Source: Lophium mytilinum
Lineage: Eukaryota
Assembly: GCA_010093605.1 (NCBI GenBank)
Contig: MU004189.1
Span: forward strand, 1 to 64,000
DNA length: 64,000 bases
Reading direction: 5' to 3'
Shown here: piece by piece, positions 61,330 through 64,000 of the stretch
How positions within the stretch are numbered: the stretch's first letter is position 1
Layout of the letters: each line of letters begins with the position of its first letter
Translations under genes and position numbers: made by a program
Notes under the pieces: generated by a model
The model's database searches: none
What the model was told of the DNA's origin: nothing
Seen by the model: the letters and a program-made list of their open reading frames with translations, nothing else

Positions 61330-62374
61330 GTTGTTGGGCTTGTTTGAAGGATACAATCGTGATTTGCAGGTGTTGAAATCGAAGAGTGTTGGAGGCCTGC
61401 AGGCATGTGGCGTGGAGAATCCGCCAAGGGTTCTGTCTGTCCTAGTTCTAATGCATGTCAGCCTGAGACGAGTTTAGCGCAGATTTAGATGCTCTAACGT
61501 CGCGATCGTGAGTTTCGAACTCCACGGGAGTGAATGCAAATTGTAGGTGACACAACGGCGAAAGCTCTTTATTATAAGAGGGGAGACTTGACAGATATTG
61601 CGCAAAATGTCTTGAAAAAAAGGCAAACCGATTGAAGTTGTTCTGTACAAAGTAGCAGTCAACTTATAGTGTGCAAAGAGTAAGCGATTACTGCAAGGAA
61701 TACTATGCCTGATTCATGTCTTGTGACTGCCCCTCTCGAAGTTACCAGCAAGACTCATACAAAAAGTAGTAACAGCGTCCGGCTGAACCAAATTAGTACG
61801 AGTAACAATGGTCAGTACTGTACCACATGCAATAAGTCTCCAATCTAGGCCACTTTCTACAGCCCAAATAAGGACCCTAGGCCCCTAAATGTGCAAGTAA
61901 GACGGTAGTCAGAATGTTGCGATTTGAAGTCGTCGAACTTGGAATATAGTATGTACAGCCTATTCCTACGTTCGTCTTCTTTGTTTGGTATCTTTCTCTC
62001 AAATACAATACCACAGCCTCTTTCAAGTCGTCGTCGTCTTCGTCGTCGTTGTCGTTGTCGTTTCTATCTGGGCTCAAATTCCAATTCCGGATCCGCATCG
62101 TCGGATAGAGAGCTCCTCGCCAGCTATGCTTGTGGTTGTGGCTGGAAGGAACCTTGCTTGATGCTTGAAAATTCGAGGAGATTCCTGCTATCTGAATCAT
62201 GAAGGTGGTGTTCATATTCGACCCCGCGCCTATCGGCGCAGATCGGCGGGGGTGATGGGGAGGCTGATGTATTCCGGGGTCCGAACTGTGGGGAATGCGG
62301 AGAGACCGACTCCCCCGCGACGACGCGTCTTCTGCCTCTACCAACATCTTCACCTTCTACTTAGTTGAGCCATA

Positions 62375-63867
62375 ATGAGTACCATGAGAACCCTCAAGTC
62401 GACGGGGAGCGGGCGCTTCGAGAAGGAGGATCCCATAGCAAAGCAGAGGCGCGAAAAAAAGCGCATCCAGAACCGCAATGCCCAGCGGAGCCACCGAGAG
62501 AAACAGGCAGCATACATTCGCACCCTGGAGAAGATGGTGAGCGACGCGGTACCTGCTGGTGGCCAGATGCCAGACGCAGCATGTCAGAGCGCGCAAACGC
62601 AGGCGAATTGGATCGAGGAGATTCGCGAGCTTCAGGAGGCCTTGTTGCGCATGCGGAAGAAATTCCAGAGCCTGAGCTTCGCAGCTGCATCAAATGCAGG
62701 TACGACTGCGGTCTCATGCGACCTTCAGCAGGCATTCGACTAGATGTGTACTGACAGACAGCTCTGTGCTAGAGGACCTTATCTTCAAACGGATTCTGAA
62801 CCTCCAGTCTCTTTCTCGTGCCGAAACACCACGTAGCCCAAGACAACCTCAGCAAGGAACGCCTTTCCACATCGCCCAGTCCGTCGAATCCGTGCTAGAT
62901 CCCTCCGGTACCCTGATAGAATGGGGTCAAGATACAGATCTTGCAACGCTCTTCGCCGATGACTACCTTCACAATGGTGCTCCGCCACCTAGCATTCCTT
63001 GCTCCCATTCTGAATTCAACCAAGCACTGGTATTACAACCGAATGTATGCGTCTCTCCACCTGGAAGTGTATCGTCGGCCTCTTCGAAATCATCGCTTGC
63101 CGAATCATTGCGTGTTGAAGACGTGTATCCCTCCACCGACATTTTGGGAGTAGAAAGAACGTTGAAGACGGTACTCGAACAATCAGAAAACCGTGCAGAT
63201 GTCGACAGATCCGTTAGTTTAGCCGTGCGCATCATGTTGAAACGAAGCCCCCTCATCGACGGTATTTTCAGCTTAATGGTACGTCTGCGCCACTACTCAA
63301 TCTCATTGCGGTAGACGAAGTGCATCTAATCAGCCCTAGGGAGGTGCCGAAGCAGTCGAGAGAGTTATCCATTGGAGGATCGCACCGACGGCAGCGAATA
63401 GAGACAAAATCCCCGCGCCTTTCAGACCAACGGTTCTTCAGCAGCACTTCCCGGAGCACAACTACGGCATCGATTTCCTTTACTGGGCCGAACTCCGGGA
63501 TCAATTGATGCTCCAAAACGACATTGACATAGGCCAACTCGTGGAAGACTGCCTACGGAATCTAGTTCAAGAGGTACCGCAGCTAAACCTCTCGCTTCCA
63601 TTGGTGGAGACGTACTTCCATCTTATCGAGCTCGTTCAAACAAATAGCGAGCAGCAGTTGCCGAGTCCCGTCGAGCGTTTCCTTGACTTGACCTACTCTG
63701 ATGACGACCGGGAACCTCTTCGCCTCCATCATCCGCATTACAAGGTTTTTCGTGCGGTGGAGAAATACCAGTTAGACGAGCTGTCGAATAGGAAGATGAT
63801 GCCGAACTTTGCAGAGAAGTATCCCTCCTTAGATCTTACAAATAGTAAGTCCACAATCTACCTTTGA
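62375..63867 (+). CDS. bZIP transcription factor with DUF3425-like C-terminal region; about 3 exons
   Basis: REKKRIQNRNAQRSHREKQAAYIRTLE basic region; later exon with IDFLYWAELRDQLML; GT...AG introns near 62,700-62,772 and 63,279-63,339. Confidence 0.8.
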
Positions 63868-64000
63868 CGCTGAATCTCAATCGTCGTAATATGTCGCGAA
63901 AGTTTCAGCTAATTAGGCCTGCACAGTTATAACGAAATTCCCAGTCGCGAGTTTTGGATAGCTATGAAGCTTGTGAAGGTGCGCGGGCTCGAGGAGATAA

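Overview
Left end of a chromosome from a filamentous ascomycete with active RIP (repeat-induced point mutation); the species cannot be identified from the sequence. (1) 1-95: (CCCTAA)n telomere. (2) 96-~23,620: AT-rich, RIP-mutated block with two assembly gaps. It contains a 60-bp satellite built on a 30-bp palindrome, then a ~18-kb telomere-linked unit whose readable frames point toward the telomere. That unit includes a spliced SNF2/SWI2-type helicase pseudogene (motifs I, Ia, II, III, V and VI legible after reversing RIP), a second unidentified pseudogene, and about ten copies of a 35-bp palindrome, many inside predicted introns. Next is a 5'-truncated chromodomain Ty3/Gypsy element inserted in a MULE transposon. 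(3) ~23,620-64,000: normal gene-rich sequence encoding a hypothetical protein, GH3 beta-glucosidase, Zn2Cys6 factor, tautomerase, Hrp1-like RRM protein, Gyp1, a two-TM protein, Mcm2, UBR7/Mlo2-like protein, Mad1, DUF3176-like protein, a sugar porter/GH2 beta-mannosidase pair, a bacterial-looking phosphotransferase and a bZIP factor. The most unusual signal is the SNF2-bearing, palindrome-studded telomere-linked element. Exon boundaries and de-RIP translations were read by eye and are approximate.
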